Translations under genes and position numbers: made by a program | Notes under the pieces: generated by a model | Databases searched by the model: none | The model's input: the letters and a program-made list of their open reading frames with translations, nothing else | Told to the model about the DNA's origin: nothing | Shown here: positions 36,400-49,393 of the stretch, piece after piece | How positions within the stretch are numbered: the stretch's first letter is position 1 | How the letters are laid out: every line of letters starts with the position of its first letter | Source: Lama guanicoe | Taxonomy: Eukaryota | Length of the DNA stretch: 64,000 nucleotides | Assembly (NCBI GenBank): GCA_013239625.1 | Contig: MU057344.1 | Span: 808,276 to 872,275, forward strand | Direction: 5' to 3'

Positions 36400-39300
36400 C
36401 CTCCCTCACCCAGAGGCTTGCCTGTCTCTTGACGGACGGAAAATGAAGTCTTGCCCTGTGATCAGTGCCTTTTGTATCCTGTTGAAGAAGTTTCCCCTCG
36501 ACCTCTGACCCCGAACACGCCCTCTCCCGCCAAGTCACACGCTGCCCTCAGTCCTGCAGCTCCTGGGGGTGACGTGGGCGGGGGGTGAGACCCGGGTCAA
36601 GGTCACCTGCCCCATCTCACCACGTTTCAGTGACAGCTTTGTCGTAAGTGGTCTGTGGGGGGCCCCTTCCTGGGCTTCTGGCCCACTGGCCTTTGGCACC
36701 AATTTCACACTGTTTTAACTCAGCTTTATAGGAACTTTAATATCATGTGTGTAGGTCCCCCAGCTTTGTTTTTCTTCAGGATTATCCTGGCTGTTTTTTG
36801 CTTTTTCCATTTCTAAACACATTTTACAGTTGGTTATAAATTTCCCAAAACTCAATGAGGTTTTTTTTATTGGGCTTGCAATTGAGTTCATAGATCAACA
36901 TAGGGAAACCAGCAGCTTCACAGTATCGGGGCTCCTAATTTGTGAACGTGTGTTTAGCGTCTGTAAATTCTTTCTGTCAAGTGAGCAGCCCTGTGTGGAG
37001 CAGCCCTGCACAGGCCTCGTTCGAGCACGTCGCTGGCACTTACGTTTTTATGCTGCTTCAAGTGGCATCACTTTATGATTGTGTCTTCTATTTATTTGTT
37101 TATAGAGATGTGTGGAGAGGTGCAGTGAATTGCTCATGCAGAACTCTGGTCCTGCGGCCTCGGTAAACTCACGTACTAACCCCAGTGCTCTGTGTGCACG
37201 CTCTGCTGGGTTTCCTGTACACACCACCGCTTCGCCAGTGAGCGGCTTTTACTGTCACTTTTCCAAACCTTCATCTGCTGCCTTGTAGCGCTGGCCCTGC
37301 TTGTCTTCCTGAACCATTGTGGGGCAGAGGCGGTTCTCGATCTCAGTAGAAGGTTTTCACAGTTTCATCGTCAAACTTAGGAGGTTCTGTTTTCCTCCTG
37401 GGTGAGCGTTTTATCCTGCGCGGTGCAGAATTTTATCCGCCGCTTTTCTCCCCTCACCTCTTAACACACGTTGCTATCCCGTCAGCGAGGCGAGCTGTGC
37501 TGACTGGCTCTGCGGGCAGCACCGGCCCCGGATTCCCTTAGGGCACGCGCTTGGTCGCAGTGTGTCTTCCTTTCTGCATTCTGCTGGACGCAGTTTGCTG
37601 GTATTTGTCTGGTATTTTTGCAGCTACGTTTATGAGCGAGATTGACTCTAATGTTCTTTCTTTGTAATGTTTTCAGAGTTAAACATGGGGGTACACGTTG
37701 GCCTTATAAAATTAACTGAGCTTTTTTAAGTTCTTGGGAAGGTTTATGTAAGATTGATACCGTTTCTGCTGATTATTTGGAAGACTTCCCCAGTAAAGCC
37801 TGTGAGCTTCGAGTCTCCTTTATGGGAATGTGTCAGGTCCAAGGGCTGATTTTTAAGATACAAATCCAGCTACTCAGACTGTGTATTTCTTTCGTCACCC
37901 TCAGTAAGTTGTGATGTTCAGGCTGTTCCAAGGTCTAAATCACACTTACTGACGTAGTTCACACTTCTATTGTCTTTTAAAAGAACTTTAACATCTGTAG
38001 ATACTAAACTCTTGGGGATTTATCTTTCTCCTTGTAATTTTGTTCTCCATGTATTTCGTGCTGTGTTGAGTGCACACAGATTTAGGATCACTGTCTTCCT
38101 TTTGAACCAGCACTTCTATCATCGTGAAATGCTGCTCTTCGAGATAAGAAGTGTTTTTAACGTTGAAGTCTCCTCTGCTGGTATTAACATGGCTGACTAC
38201 ATGCAGGGCGAGGGGAGCTTAGTGTTCATGTGTGTGTTTTTTCCATCCCTTTACTTTCAGTTTTTCTGTATCGTATTTTGGAAATGGCTCTTAGAAACAA
38301 GAAGGTAGTTGTTTTTCACCTGGTCTGACAATCCCTGTCTTTTAACTAAAGCGTTTAATTCGGTTACATTTAACATCATACTGACGAGTTGCTGCTAAAT
38401 CTGTCATCTTGCTGTGTACTTTATAATCGGCCACACCATTCTTTCTTCTGGCCCGCCTTCCTTTGGTCTAATCAAGTGCTATTTTTCCATCCCTCCGCCC
38501 GCCTTTTATTAGCTTTGTTAAGTAGTATGTAACTTTGTTTTTCACGTTCTGGCTGCCTTAGAAATCACGGCACATTCTTGGAACGACCTTGAGTCACTGC
38601 TTCCACTGTTTTCCAGGTGAGGCAGGGAGCTTAGACCCCTTCAGCCGTGTGACCCCCTTGTTGGTTTTTTGCTGTTGGCACATGTGTGGTTTCTGTTCAC
38701 ATTTCACGTCCCACGGTCCCGTGGTCCCTTTGCTCTGCACAGGCGTTCGTTCGGACCCCCTCGCAACGCCGGGGGCGCTTCCCTCCGGGACCACCTCCCT
38801 CCCCAAAAGGCTCCTGCGGCAGTTCCTGGGCGCAGACTTGCTGGCAAGTGGCCGATTTGCTTCTGTGCAGGCGTCTTCCTCTTGCCTTCGTTTTTGAGGA
38901 CATTCGTCCGGGTGGGGTCTCGGTGGGCAGTGACCTCTCCGCACCCCTGACACGTCCTCTCTGGCCCCCGGAGGTGATGCGTTTCTTTCTCCTCAGCTGC
39001 CTTGAAAATGGCCTCTGTCCTTCTATTTCAGCAGGCTTGCAGAAGAGGAGGACATGCTGAATTTATCCCAGCTGAGGTTCATAGAGCTTTCTGGATCTGG
39101 GCACAATGTCTTCTGTCTCTTTTCTAAAATACAGCAGTGTCCTCGCAGGTGCTGCCCTGCCCCCTCCCCCTGCCCCGGCTTTTTCCCTTGTCTGGGTGCC
39201 CCCTGCCGTCTGGGTACCCTCCTTCTCGTCTAGGTGCCCCCCTGCTGTCTAGGTGCCCCCTGCCGTCTGGCTGCCCTCCTCCTCATCCAGGTGCCGCCTG

Positions 39301-39750
39301 CCGTCTGGGTGCCCCCTGCCGTCTGGGTGCCCCCCTCCTTGTCTGGGTGCCCCCTGCCGTCTTCGGTGCTTCTCTCCGTCCTGGCCCCTCTGGGCTTCTC
39401 TACAGCCGCCTCTTACTTTGTCTCACCTGCTCCTAAGTCTGTCTCCTGAATTGTTAATATCAGTTACTAGTTTCACTTTTAGGATTTCCAAAGTCCTAGG
39501 ATTTTTAGAATTTGATTCCTTGCTTTTCATAGGTCCAGCTCCCTGGTGAGACCTGACCTGACCTTCTAAGTATAGTTTGATACCTGAGCCTCCCGTGAGT
39601 CCGTTTCTATTGGCTGTTTAGTCAAATGCTTCTACTTCTTGGCCTGCCTGGTATTTACTTTTTCCTTTTTTGCTGAACATCAGACACTGTGTTTGAAAAG
39701 CGGCAGGAGCCCTGAACGGTGTTATTTTCCTCGTGAGAGGATTCGATTTT
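36400..39750 (-). mobile_element. Highly decayed ancient L1 (L1M4/L1ME-like), interrupted
   Basis: Long T-rich, lower-GC block with antisense L1 ORF2-like phrases (CTTTGTTTTTCTTCAGGATTATCCTGGCT, GGTATTTTTGCAGCTACGTTTATGAG, CAGTAAAGCC). Confidence 0.6.
39191..39359. repeat. Minisatellite, nine 18-20 bp units (TCTGGGTGCCCCCTGCCG)
   Basis: Unit starts at 39191, 39209, 39229, 39248, 39266, 39286, 39304, 39322, 39342. Confidence 0.9.
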
Positions 39751-40449
39751 ATCCTGGCAGCTGGAATGTGGACATGTCACCTGGATTCACTGGAGGCTTA
39801 CAGTTTTCAGTCTCCTTTCGTGTCTTTCTGTATCACAGCTGGAAAGATCTGGGGGTCACTGGGACCCCGATCTCCAGCCTTTGTCTCCTCAGCCCCATGA
39901 ATCAGCCAAAAATCCCTTCCTGGCTTTTTTTTTTTTTTCCTTTTAGCATCTGCTTTCTTCTTGGTCCCTTGGCTTTTTGCCCTGAACTTCTGCAGTGTAG
40001 GACTCAGCAGGCGCCTCAAAGGGAACCCGGGTTTTAGCTGCATCTCTCCTCTGGATCTTGAGAGAGCCTTGTAGGCGAGTGACGCTGCCTCTCCAGTGAG
40101 GCTGGAGGCCAGAGCGTCAAACCGAGGAGATTCTTCCTGCGCCTTCAAGATCTGATGGACTCGCCGTGCGGGGCTGGCGCTTGCTGGGGCCTGTCGCTTC
40201 TTCCTCCTTCCCAATTCTCCTTTCGGAGCTGAGTGGCCGTCCCGTGCCTGTCCCCGTGTTGCATTTTGCAAACATGCAGCTTGGTTTCACAGGGCCAGGC
40301 TGCGCAGATTTTCCTCAGGACGAGCTGCGCCTCGAGTCCCACCCTTGCCTGGTTTAGGTGATGTTTAGATGGGACCTGGGGCTTCAGAGCTGCTGCTGGG
40401 GTTAATGTTTGGGGGCTGTTGGATCGGGTGACTGTTTTGCATGCGAGAA

Positions 40450-40773
40450 GGGCATGGATTTGGGGGGACCAGGAACAGACTGCTAGGGACTGAACTTCTC
40501 TGTCAAATTCCTGACCCCTGACATATTTGGAGATGAGGCCTATGGGTCTGACAGTGGGGTCCCCACAATGGGGTTTGTGTCCTGTAAGAGGGGACATCAG
40601 CTCTCTCTGCCGTATGGGTGCCAGCGAGAAGCCGTCTCTGAGCCGGGAGGAGGCCGTCACCAGAACCTGGGACTTCTGGGCCCTGGCCTCGGGCCTCCAG
40701 CCTGTGGGGAGTGTCTTCCTGTGCCGGAGCCCGTCTGTGGGGTCTGTGACAGCGTCCCGAGCGGACAGAGGCA
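40450..40773 (+). mobile_element. MaLR solo LTR (MLT1A-like)
   Basis: TATTTGGAGATGAGGCCT, GTGTCCTGTAAGAG, GAGAAGCCGTCTCTGAGCCGGGAGGAG, CTCCAGCCT. Confidence 0.6.
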
Positions 40774-43700
40774 GCTTGTCGTGTCTGGGCTGTTTCCGTC
40801 ACACTGAACTCCGGGCAGGCACCCGTGGGCGCCGGGCCTTGCCGTGCGCTCGGCCCCCCTGACCCCGCGTCCTCTCACGTTCTGACCACTGGACGTCCGC
40901 GACACCCAGCCTGGTTCTCGTCGACTGTCCTCGGGGTGGAGGGCTGCGTCCTCACCGCCTCCCCATTCCGCGGGCAGGGTGCACGCCTTCTTGGCCCGGG
41001 TGCTTCCTCCAGCAGCACCCCGTGCAGCCCCCTGTGCCCCAGGCTCCGAGCCGCAGGCATGGCGTGTCCGTGACAGTGCGGCGGTGGGGGGTGGGGAGCG
41101 CGGCGGGGGGAACAGCCCCAGGACTTGTGCTTTTTATAAAAAGTGCCCCCATGAAGGAAGACCTCTGCCTAGAGGTGAGCTGGGTCCACGTGAACTTTTC
41201 AGGTTCCTTGGACATCGGCGCACGTTTTCCTGTAGCGTCTTTGTGAGAATATCGGGCAGCTTTTTCATCAGAACTCAACTTGTGTCACAGCGAATTTGTA
41301 TCTTTGTGATAAAAATCATTAGAAAGTCAGGCTGTGGTGTGTGCCCCTCCCTCTCAATACACCTCTTAGGGCTGGGTCTCTTAACGGTCGTGCACGGTGT
41401 CTGGTGACAGAGGGGCGACCCCGGGGAGCCTGGAAGGCCTGCGCCCTGGGAAACCAGAGGCTACGTCCCTGGTCCTGCGCCCCGGGCTCCGCTGAGGTCT
41501 GTTCTTAGACTGCACGTCTGGTCTGGGACAGCAGCCTGCAGTGACGGAGACCGGCCCTCGGGTCTGGAACACGCAGTCGCCCCAAGCCCATGCTCGTGCC
41601 CGCGGGGCCCTGGGCTGCACTTGGAGGATGCCATGCGGTCCTGCCCCCAGGAAGCAGAGACCTTTCTTTACGTAAGCATTTCTCTTTTTAAAAGTCAGAA
41701 ACCTGGTCCTCAGATTGGTCCTTTGCATGAGCCTGTCCCCCTCCCACCTGCATCTTTGTGAGTTAACCTGCTTGCTTGGGGCCTCAGCAGTGTCTGGACT
41801 CTGCCTCCTCCGTCCGCATCCTCCTCTGTCCGCCTCTCCCAGCCTCTCCTGAGGGAGACGGGAAGCCTTCCTGCCACAAGAGCACCCCTCGTTCCTCCCC
41901 TCCCGTGTGTCTCCCTCACGTCCCCCCCCACGTGGCCGCTCTCCTGTCCACAGAGCTTACCGTCCTTGACCTTCACAGGGCATGACTCAGGTGTCCATCT
42001 GGGTCCCCAGGAAGGGAGTCCAGCGGGTAAAAGCCCCCGAGCGTCGCTGAGCCCGGGGAACGCATGTCTTGTCCCGCTGCTCTGCACGCGGGCTGTCGTG
42101 TTGGGGTTCCCTCGTGCCTCTTCTCCCTGCCACCTGTGAGGCCCAGGGAGATGGAAGCTGGGTGCTGGTCCTGGCCCTCCCCCTCTGCTGGAGGCCCCAC
42201 TGTGTGCCCGGCGGTGCGGCCTCGGCTCAGCCTGGACCCGCCCGCCCATTGCTTCTGGGCTGCGGCACTGGCAGGTGCTCCACAGACCACTGTGGCCACA
42301 GCTGACGGGCAGCCCCCCACGTGACACCCCCACAGCACGTGTCCAGAGGCGGTGGCTTGGGGTGGGTCCCACAGAACCCGGCCCTGGTCACTCCATCTTC
42401 CCACGACCGTCCTTAGAGTGTGGACTCTGCTGGCCCCGCCTCGTCCACGCAGCCAGCCACGACTGGATCCTGTGTCCCTGCCCCCACAGCAGTCTGACTG
42501 GGTCTTTCCAGTCACGTGACCACCCTGGAGCAATGACATCACTGGGGTTGCCCTTCTGGGATTGCTCTGGACGCTGATGAGGTCAGCTCCCCCTAGCAGT
42601 GCAGGGCTTGGGGGCCACGTCCAGGCCACGTGAGGAAGGCAGGGAGCCACCCGGGAAGCGGCCTGTCCCATCTCCTCCCGGCAAGGAAACCGGGACTTAG
42701 AGTGACAAGTGACTCAGGCCCCGCAGACGAGGAGATCTGGGCCGCCCGGCTTGGACTGCAGGCCCCATGTTGCATCCCTGGGCTCTGCCCTTCCGGGCCT
42801 CCGAGTCCCCTGGTCACCACGTTTATCCTGCTGTCATCTGCTCCGAGGACAGGGCCCTCTGTCCGTCTCCCCTCGTGTCCCGGGAGCCCATGAGGTGCTG
42901 GCTGGTGTCCCCGATGCGGGAGCGGGTCCCCCAAGGATGGAGTCGGCAGGACGTGACCTCACCCTGGCCAGTGGGGGACCTGCCGCTACCCTCCCAGGTT
43001 CTCACCCAGCTCCTGTGTGTCGTGGCTGCAATTCCTGAGAGGAGTGGCCCCTGCGGCCTAGGGACAGGGGAGCCGGGCCTGCTGACAGGACCAGATTGCC
43101 ACCGTCCCCTTGCAGCCAGCCTCCTGCGGCGGTGGCTCCGAGGCCTCCCAAGCTCTGTGTCTGCAGTGCGTCAGCCTTCACCTGCCTCTTGGGGCAGCAG
43201 TTTTAAGTCACATCTTCAGCCTGGAAGTAGTGGGGACAAGGGGCAGGAAGCCGCATGGGAAAGGGCCTCGGGTGGGGCTGCCCGGCGTCGAGGCCCACAG
43301 AGGGCCGCCCACCCGGCCCAGCTGCAGCCTGCTCGGCACTGTCCCCACCATCAGAATGACCCACGGAGCTGGAGGAGGACGTGGGTTCTGGTTGAGACGG
43401 CTCTAAGGACAGTGCCGGGCCGTCCTGAGACACGGTGACCACCCAAGGTGCCCGCGGTGGGCGGCTGGACCCACTATCGGGTGACTCCAGTCCCAGGAGG
43501 GAGGCAGGCGAGCTGTGAGCTCCATGGGCCTTGACTGTGTCCACACTCTCTGTCGACCCTCAGGGCCCCAGCCAGGGTGGCCCCCGGACTTCGCAGCAGC
43601 ACCAGATGCGTCCCCCAAGCCACGCCGGCGTCCCACCCAAATCCTCAGATCCTGTTTTCAGACGGCCACACACAGCTTGTAGTGGGAGCCTTCTGGTGGA

Positions 43701-44865
43701 ACTGTGGCTGGTGAGGGTGCCGTGGAGTGAGACCCTGACGTGGGCCCTGCCCCCTGGGTGTGGACTCTCATGGACGGTGGCCCCGTGGACACCACTCCCC
43801 TGGAACAAGCTGGGTTTGGGGGCAGCAGATCCCGCTCTGCCCGAGGACCCCACCCCCACCTCCCCCTACGGCCCAAGGGCCCCTCATCAGCTCCCTGGCC
43901 TCGTCTCGGGCTGGGTCACTGACCTGGAACCACCGCGAAGGCACCTGGCTGGCCCTTGCGCCCCGTTGTGGTCCCAAGGCACTGGCCGCGGGTCACCCCG
44001 GGCGGTGGGGCTGTGTCCAGCAAGCGCCCGAGAGGCCCAGCTCCGCCCCGCCCTCCTGCAGACCCGGCGCGCCCCACGCCCGCCCACCAGCCTGGGGGAT
44101 GCTGGTTTGTTCCGCAGCCTGTTGCTCTAAGCGCCTTCTTAAAATGTGTTTTCCTCCCCTCGTCAGAGCTCTCAAGACGCTCGATTGCCATAGAAACTGG
44201 GCTGGTTGAGGTCCCTGCAGCTACCCTAATTATAGAAGCCCAGAGATGAGCAGAGAGCTTCTCTGAGGGCGTCGAATTGAGTTTGCAGGAACATTTGCAG
44301 GGCCCCGAGGATCGACTGCTGCCAGCGCTGCATCCCGAGCTCGGGCACCGGGAAGTGACCGGGTGGGCTCTGGGTGCCCAGTGGGCTCCAGCTCCGAGCT
44401 TGGCCTTGACAGGGCGACGGCCCAGCAGGAAGCCAGGGAACCAGTGTGAGGGACCAGCCGAGCCACCCCCGGGGCCCGAGGCTGCTCCGGGGGGCCGTGC
44501 GGCCCACCCGCGGGTCTCTGGGGCGGTGGAAGCACGGTGCCCGCAGCGGGGCCGGGGGCCGGCCAGGCCCTCCCCAGGGTGCCCGCCCTCGGAAGTGCTG
44601 CACACACACGTTCTCCAAGGACACGTGTGCTTCTCTCCTTCCCACCGTGTGGGAGGGAGTCAGGCGCTCACTCTGGAAACGCAGGCAGGTTACACGGGAG
44701 CTCTCTTGCCCACCTTTGCAGCTTTCTGTTCATTTGAAATTACTTCAAAGCAGAAAGCGTGTATTTCTTTACAAGTGAGGGCGACCCTGCGGTCTCTGGT
44801 GGTTCCTTGTGAGTCACCTGGGCGCCGCTTTCCGGGGGTGGTGGGTGGAAGTACCACCTGAGCCC

Positions 44866-45235
44866 CTGTGTAAGTCTGGGCTCTCCAGAGGCACAGAACC
44901 AACAGGGCGTGTGTATACAGACAGGAGGCTTGTCGTACGGGACTGGCCCACGCAGCTAGGGAGGCTGCGAGTCCAGAACCCGCAGGGCGGCCGGCAGGCT
45001 GGGTGCCGGGAGAGCTGCCGCTGCGGTTCAGGTCCCATGTCCGTCCTCTGCAGAACTCCGGCTTGCTTGGCCTTCACCTGATCGGACGAGGCTCACTGCA
45101 CTAGGGAGAGCAGCCTGCCTCCCTCAGACTCCAGATTCAAACGGGGGCCCCACGCAGAAACACCTGTGCAGAAACATCGGGAATAACGTCCGTCAAAGCT
45201 GGCTCCACGGCCCAGCCCAGCTGACACACGAGACC
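44866..45235 (-). mobile_element. MLT2 (ERVL) solo LTR
   Basis: GGGCTCTCCAGAGGCACAGAACCAACAGG...GGACTGGCCCACGCAG, GGCCTTCACCTGATCGGACGAGGCTCAC. Confidence 0.7.
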
Positions 45236-46559
45236 ACCCACCACATCCCGCCCCTCGCCGAGCCCATCCCCCGAAACCACGCTCAGTCTCCAGCTAGAGA
45301 CAACAGCAAGGCCACACTTCTGCCTAACGTGGCACAGCGTTCTGCATGCTAGAAACGCACTCCCCCCTCCCCTGGGCGGGTCGTCCAGAGGGGGCCCTGG
45401 CAGGACACAGCCTCCTCCTGTCTGCCCTCCACTGACCTCCCCGCTTCCTCTCCCTTCACTTTCACATCTGCCCCTCTCCTGTCACCTGTTGTCCTGTCTG
45501 TCCCCTGGCTCTTTTTAAGACTAAGGATCTGAAGTTAGTTTAACCACATCGCTGTGGACACCTCTGGTCCCTCCCTCTGCGTCTCTGAGGTGCTGAGTGC
45601 GCGTGGTTTAATGCAGCGCCAGAGGCGCCCGGGAACATGTAGCTCATGTGCTGTGACGCCCACAGCGGGGCGGCCACAGCGCCCTTACCGGCCGACCCGG
45701 GGACGGAACTTAATGTCCCCCTGCCCCCGCACTGTGCCCACCGCCCGTGGCCTTCCACTGGCTGGAACGGTTTCATCGCACCACCGCGTATCCTGAACAA
45801 ATACATTGTTTGGGCTTGCGTGTTTTTCAGTCTCACAAGGGCATCCTGTCGCAGGGCCCATTTCACGTGCGTCAGTGTGTCATCTGACACTGATTGTGTG
45901 ATTGGATTTGGTTCTGGAAGGTGCGCCTGTGCTGCTGAGTGTGGCTGACGTCGCGTGTACACTGGGCCAGCCTTCCTGGGTGGCCACACGCGCAGCTTGC
46001 CATTTGTCCTCTTGCCGATGGACCTGGGCATCTGCCAGCATCCTTCAGCGTCCCTCCGCGCACGTGCGACGGCCTGGGCGCTGACTGGGAGCAGCATGGC
46101 TGCCGGGTCGCGGGGCAGCAGGCACTTTTCTCCATGAAAGTGTGTGTGCCGAGCAGACCCCCCCGAGGACAGGCCCCGTCTGGGCGCGCTGGTCCTCGAG
46201 GGTCTTTGGGGTGGGGGCTCTCCTGTCTCTTGCTGTGTACTTACTGCTTTTCCTTGTTGATTTGTGCCGCTACTCCCGCGTCCCGAATGGCTCGCCCCGC
46301 CCCCTGCGTGCGCGCTGGCAGCGCAGACGAGCGGTGGCCTTCCACTCTTGGGGAGGCCCCTGGATGGACACCGTCCTCACCTGACTGTTCTCGGATGTGT
46401 CCCCTCCCTCCAGTTGGCCAGTGCCTTTTGTGTTTTCAGAATTTTTCTCCCCTTTGGATTGTTAAGATCGTCTGTATTTCCTTCTGAATCTGTCGTTTTC
46501 CTGGTTAAGCCCGTGTCTTCGAGGGCACAGCTTGCGTGGGTGGGCAGGCGTCCTGGTCT

Positions 46560-46850
46560 CCTCGCCACAAGGGCCTCACCTGGGCTCAGGCACAGGCACT
46601 GGTTTCTCAGGGGTCTGGAGTTTAGAAGTCAGACCCGGGTGCTTGAAGGCAGGTTCCTGGTGAGGACCTTCCTCCACCCCCTGGGTCCTCATGTGGTGGG
46701 GAGAGCTCTGGGGTCTAGAAGGACTGTCCTTCCAGCATGGGGGCCCCACCCTGTGACCAGTAACCCTCGTTGCCTCCTTAGGGGCCCCACCGCCACATGC
46801 AGCCCCACGGCATGTGAACTTGGGGGACACACATACTTGGTCATTGACAG
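46560..46850 (-). mobile_element. MaLR (MLT1-like) LTR
   Basis: TCTGGAGTTTAGAAGTC, GGTTCCTGGTGAGGACC, ATGTGAACTTGGGGGACACAC. Confidence 0.55.
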
Positions 46851-48386
46851 CGAGGGTCTGGGTTTTTCTCGCTAGGGATACAGGGGCCTCACCCACTGTC
46901 CATCACGCGGGTCCTCTGTCCTGTCCCCTTGGTGAGCTCTCCAGCCTGCTGTGGGCTCCCTGATACCCCTTGGCCTCTGCTAGGCCATCTTTGAGTTTCC
47001 TATTTCCAGTGGGTTTTATCGCATCTGAAGGCTACACAGTGGGGTGCAGTTTTAGACCTTCACATGGCTCGTGCACTGAGCGCAAGGAAGAGCCAGAACC
47101 TGGTGCCTCCCTCTCCTTCTGTGGGTTGTGAATGCCTCTCATGGGGTGGTCAGTCCTGGGGACATGAGCAGAGGCCTCCCATGGGCCAGACTTCCCCCAA
47201 GTCAAGCCAGATGGGCCAGGAGGACCAGGTGTGGGCATCCGCATGCTGCCATCAGCAGGGCATCCTTAGAGCCGAGGGTCAGGTGGGCTGTGGGAGTTGG
47301 CCCGAGTCCCACTGTGGGACCTCCGGGGGAGGGTGGAGCTGCCTCCAGCCTGGCCTTGGGTGCATCTGAGGGGCCGCCGGCGACGCTGGGGCAGCTGGGG
47401 GGCTGCTTGGTTTCTCAGCTGCTCCCAGGGGCCCCCGGGCTGCTTGGTTTCTCACTTAGTCTCCCATTTAAAGGGAGAGAAGCCGCTTTGCAATCACCGT
47501 GACCCGATTCGGGCAGGTTCCAGGCGGGGCTGGTAATTGCTTGTTTTAAAAACATTCCGTTAGAGTTTCCACATTAGTATTTTCCTGGCACTTCCATGAC
47601 TCCCATGAAAGTCGCCTTTACTGCAGGACTTTGTCAAAGCACAAAGCTTCCCCTTGTATCCTGAATATTTTGTTTTCACGTACTTTGGTTTCCAAGCGTC
47701 TTGAAGGAGCAAAGCTAGAACCACTGGGGGGAAGGATGCGGGTCACACGCCTGATCTCGGCGTGTGTAATTGGCGGCCCTCTTCCGTGAAGTCTGAGTCA
47801 CTGAACGTGCGGTGGGAAAGCAGCGTTTTGGGGGAACTTGTGATTGAACCGAACTGTCCGTTGGTTTTGCTTTACTTCCCTCCGGTGTCTGGGGCAGGGG
47901 TGGGTGGTGCTGGCCGAGCGCTGCGTTTCAGGCCGACCATGAACACGGCATCCAGGGTCCCTCCGCCGAAGTAAATGTTGCGGGAGCTCTCAGCCCATCT
48001 GAGCCGTGTTCCTGTGTGGAAAGGGGGAGTTTTCATGCCCGGAGGGAAAGAGGGTGGAAAAGGAAACACCTGGGAGGGCGCACAGGGCCCGAGTGGCTTC
48101 ACAGCCTGACCCCGGGCGGGCAGCGTCCCTGCGGGCAGTCCCGGCTGCCGTCGGGGCTGCCCCCACCTCCGTCCTCCCTGCCCAGGTCCCCTTCTCTAGC
48201 AGCCGCAGTGGTGACTCGAGAACCAGGTGAGGGGAAGCAGAGGGGACAGTCCCCGGGGGACACTGTCATTTCAGCTCCACCGGCCACTTGGTTGGGGCAT
48301 CCTGTCCCCCGTGGCACCCTGCGTCGGGGAGCTGGGCTCGCGGGCCACCCTGCTGTTTCTTTACACCTTTCTCGTGTTCTGTCCAG

Positions 48387-48472
48387 AATCCATCTACCGC
48401 CGCGGAGCCAGAAGATGGAGGAAGCTGTACCGCGCCAACGGCCACCTCTTCCAAGCCAAGCGCTTTAACAGG
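48387..48472 (+). CDS. PRKCZ: PRKCZ exon 5 (86 nt): (K)[28 protein letters not shown]; pseudosubstrate and start of C1; 5' UTR in PKM-zeta mRNA
   Basis: Pyrimidine tract ...ttctgtccAG|AATCC, donor AGG|GTGAGT; canonical aPKC pseudosubstrate. Confidence 0.97.
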
Positions 48473-49009
48473 GTGAGTGCAGCCCCCCCCCCGACCGTCC
48501 GCGAGCCGTGTGCTGCTTTCCCGGGAAGAGCTTTCTGCCCCGAGCGCTGGGCTCTGCTGGGCACTCTGAGCCAGTATCACAAAAGCTCTGCTGTGAGCCT
48601 TTTACATGCTTCCCAAGCCCGTGAGGGTGCCAGTCGGCCTTTTCTCAGACAGCAGCTGGTGATGAAAGCACCCTGTGTGTCCCTGTTACGTAACCCTCGT
48701 CAGGGCCCCGGGGCTCCGAGGTCCCGCCCGCTCACATTCAGAAGACTGCTGATCTGACACGGAACCAGGGTTCACGTGTTTCCCGTTGGTTGCAGGGGTC
48801 TCCCGTGAATCCAGAACCCCTGGACAGCACCCTGGTCCCTGGCCCAGGTGGGCCCTGCCCGGCCTGTGCCACAGGGCGCCTTGCTGAGTGTCCTCGTTTC
48901 TCCTCGTGAAGCTTTCACGTTCTGTAGAGGCGATGTGCTTCACATGGCTCTGTCATCATTCCATTTCCCGTGGGAGAGGAGGTGCCCGCAGGTGCCCCAG
49001 TGGCCCAGG

Positions 49010-49393
49010 ACCAGGTGTCCCGGGGCTGCCAGAGCGAAGCACCACAGACTGGGTGCTTCAGACAGAAACTCATTCTGTCTCAGCTCAGGAGTCTGAAGTC
49101 CAAGCCGCGCACCGGCCGGGCCGCGCTCCCTCCCCTGCCCCTCCCCAGGGGGGGCTCTGTCCTGGGGCTGCTGGCAGTTCTGGGCGCTCCTTGGCTGGTC
49201 GCTGCAGCTCTCCAGCCCTTGCCGCCTCCTCGCTGTCTGCCTCTGCCCTTCCCAGGACACCAGTCATGACGGGGACCCACCCGAACCCAGGACGACCTCA
49301 TTTCAACTTGACTAACTGCGGTGATGAGATGCTTTTTCCGGACGAGGCCCTGGGTGGTCATGAATCTGGGGGGCCACGATGCGTTCAGCACAG
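49010..49393 (-). mobile_element. MaLR (MLT1-like) LTR in intron 5
   Basis: GGGGCTGCC...CACCACAGACTGGGTGCTT..ACAGAAA, AGGACACCAGTCAT, GACCTCATTTCAACTTGA. Confidence 0.65.

Noticed and set aside
39191-39359. CRISPR-like appearance of the short regular repeats
   Set aside because: Units are head-to-tail with no unique spacers, there are no cas genes, and the context is a mammalian intron.
48810-48831. RE1-like TCCAGAACC-CCT-GGACAGCACC
   Set aside because: Three-nucleotide spacer instead of two, and a mismatched left half-site.
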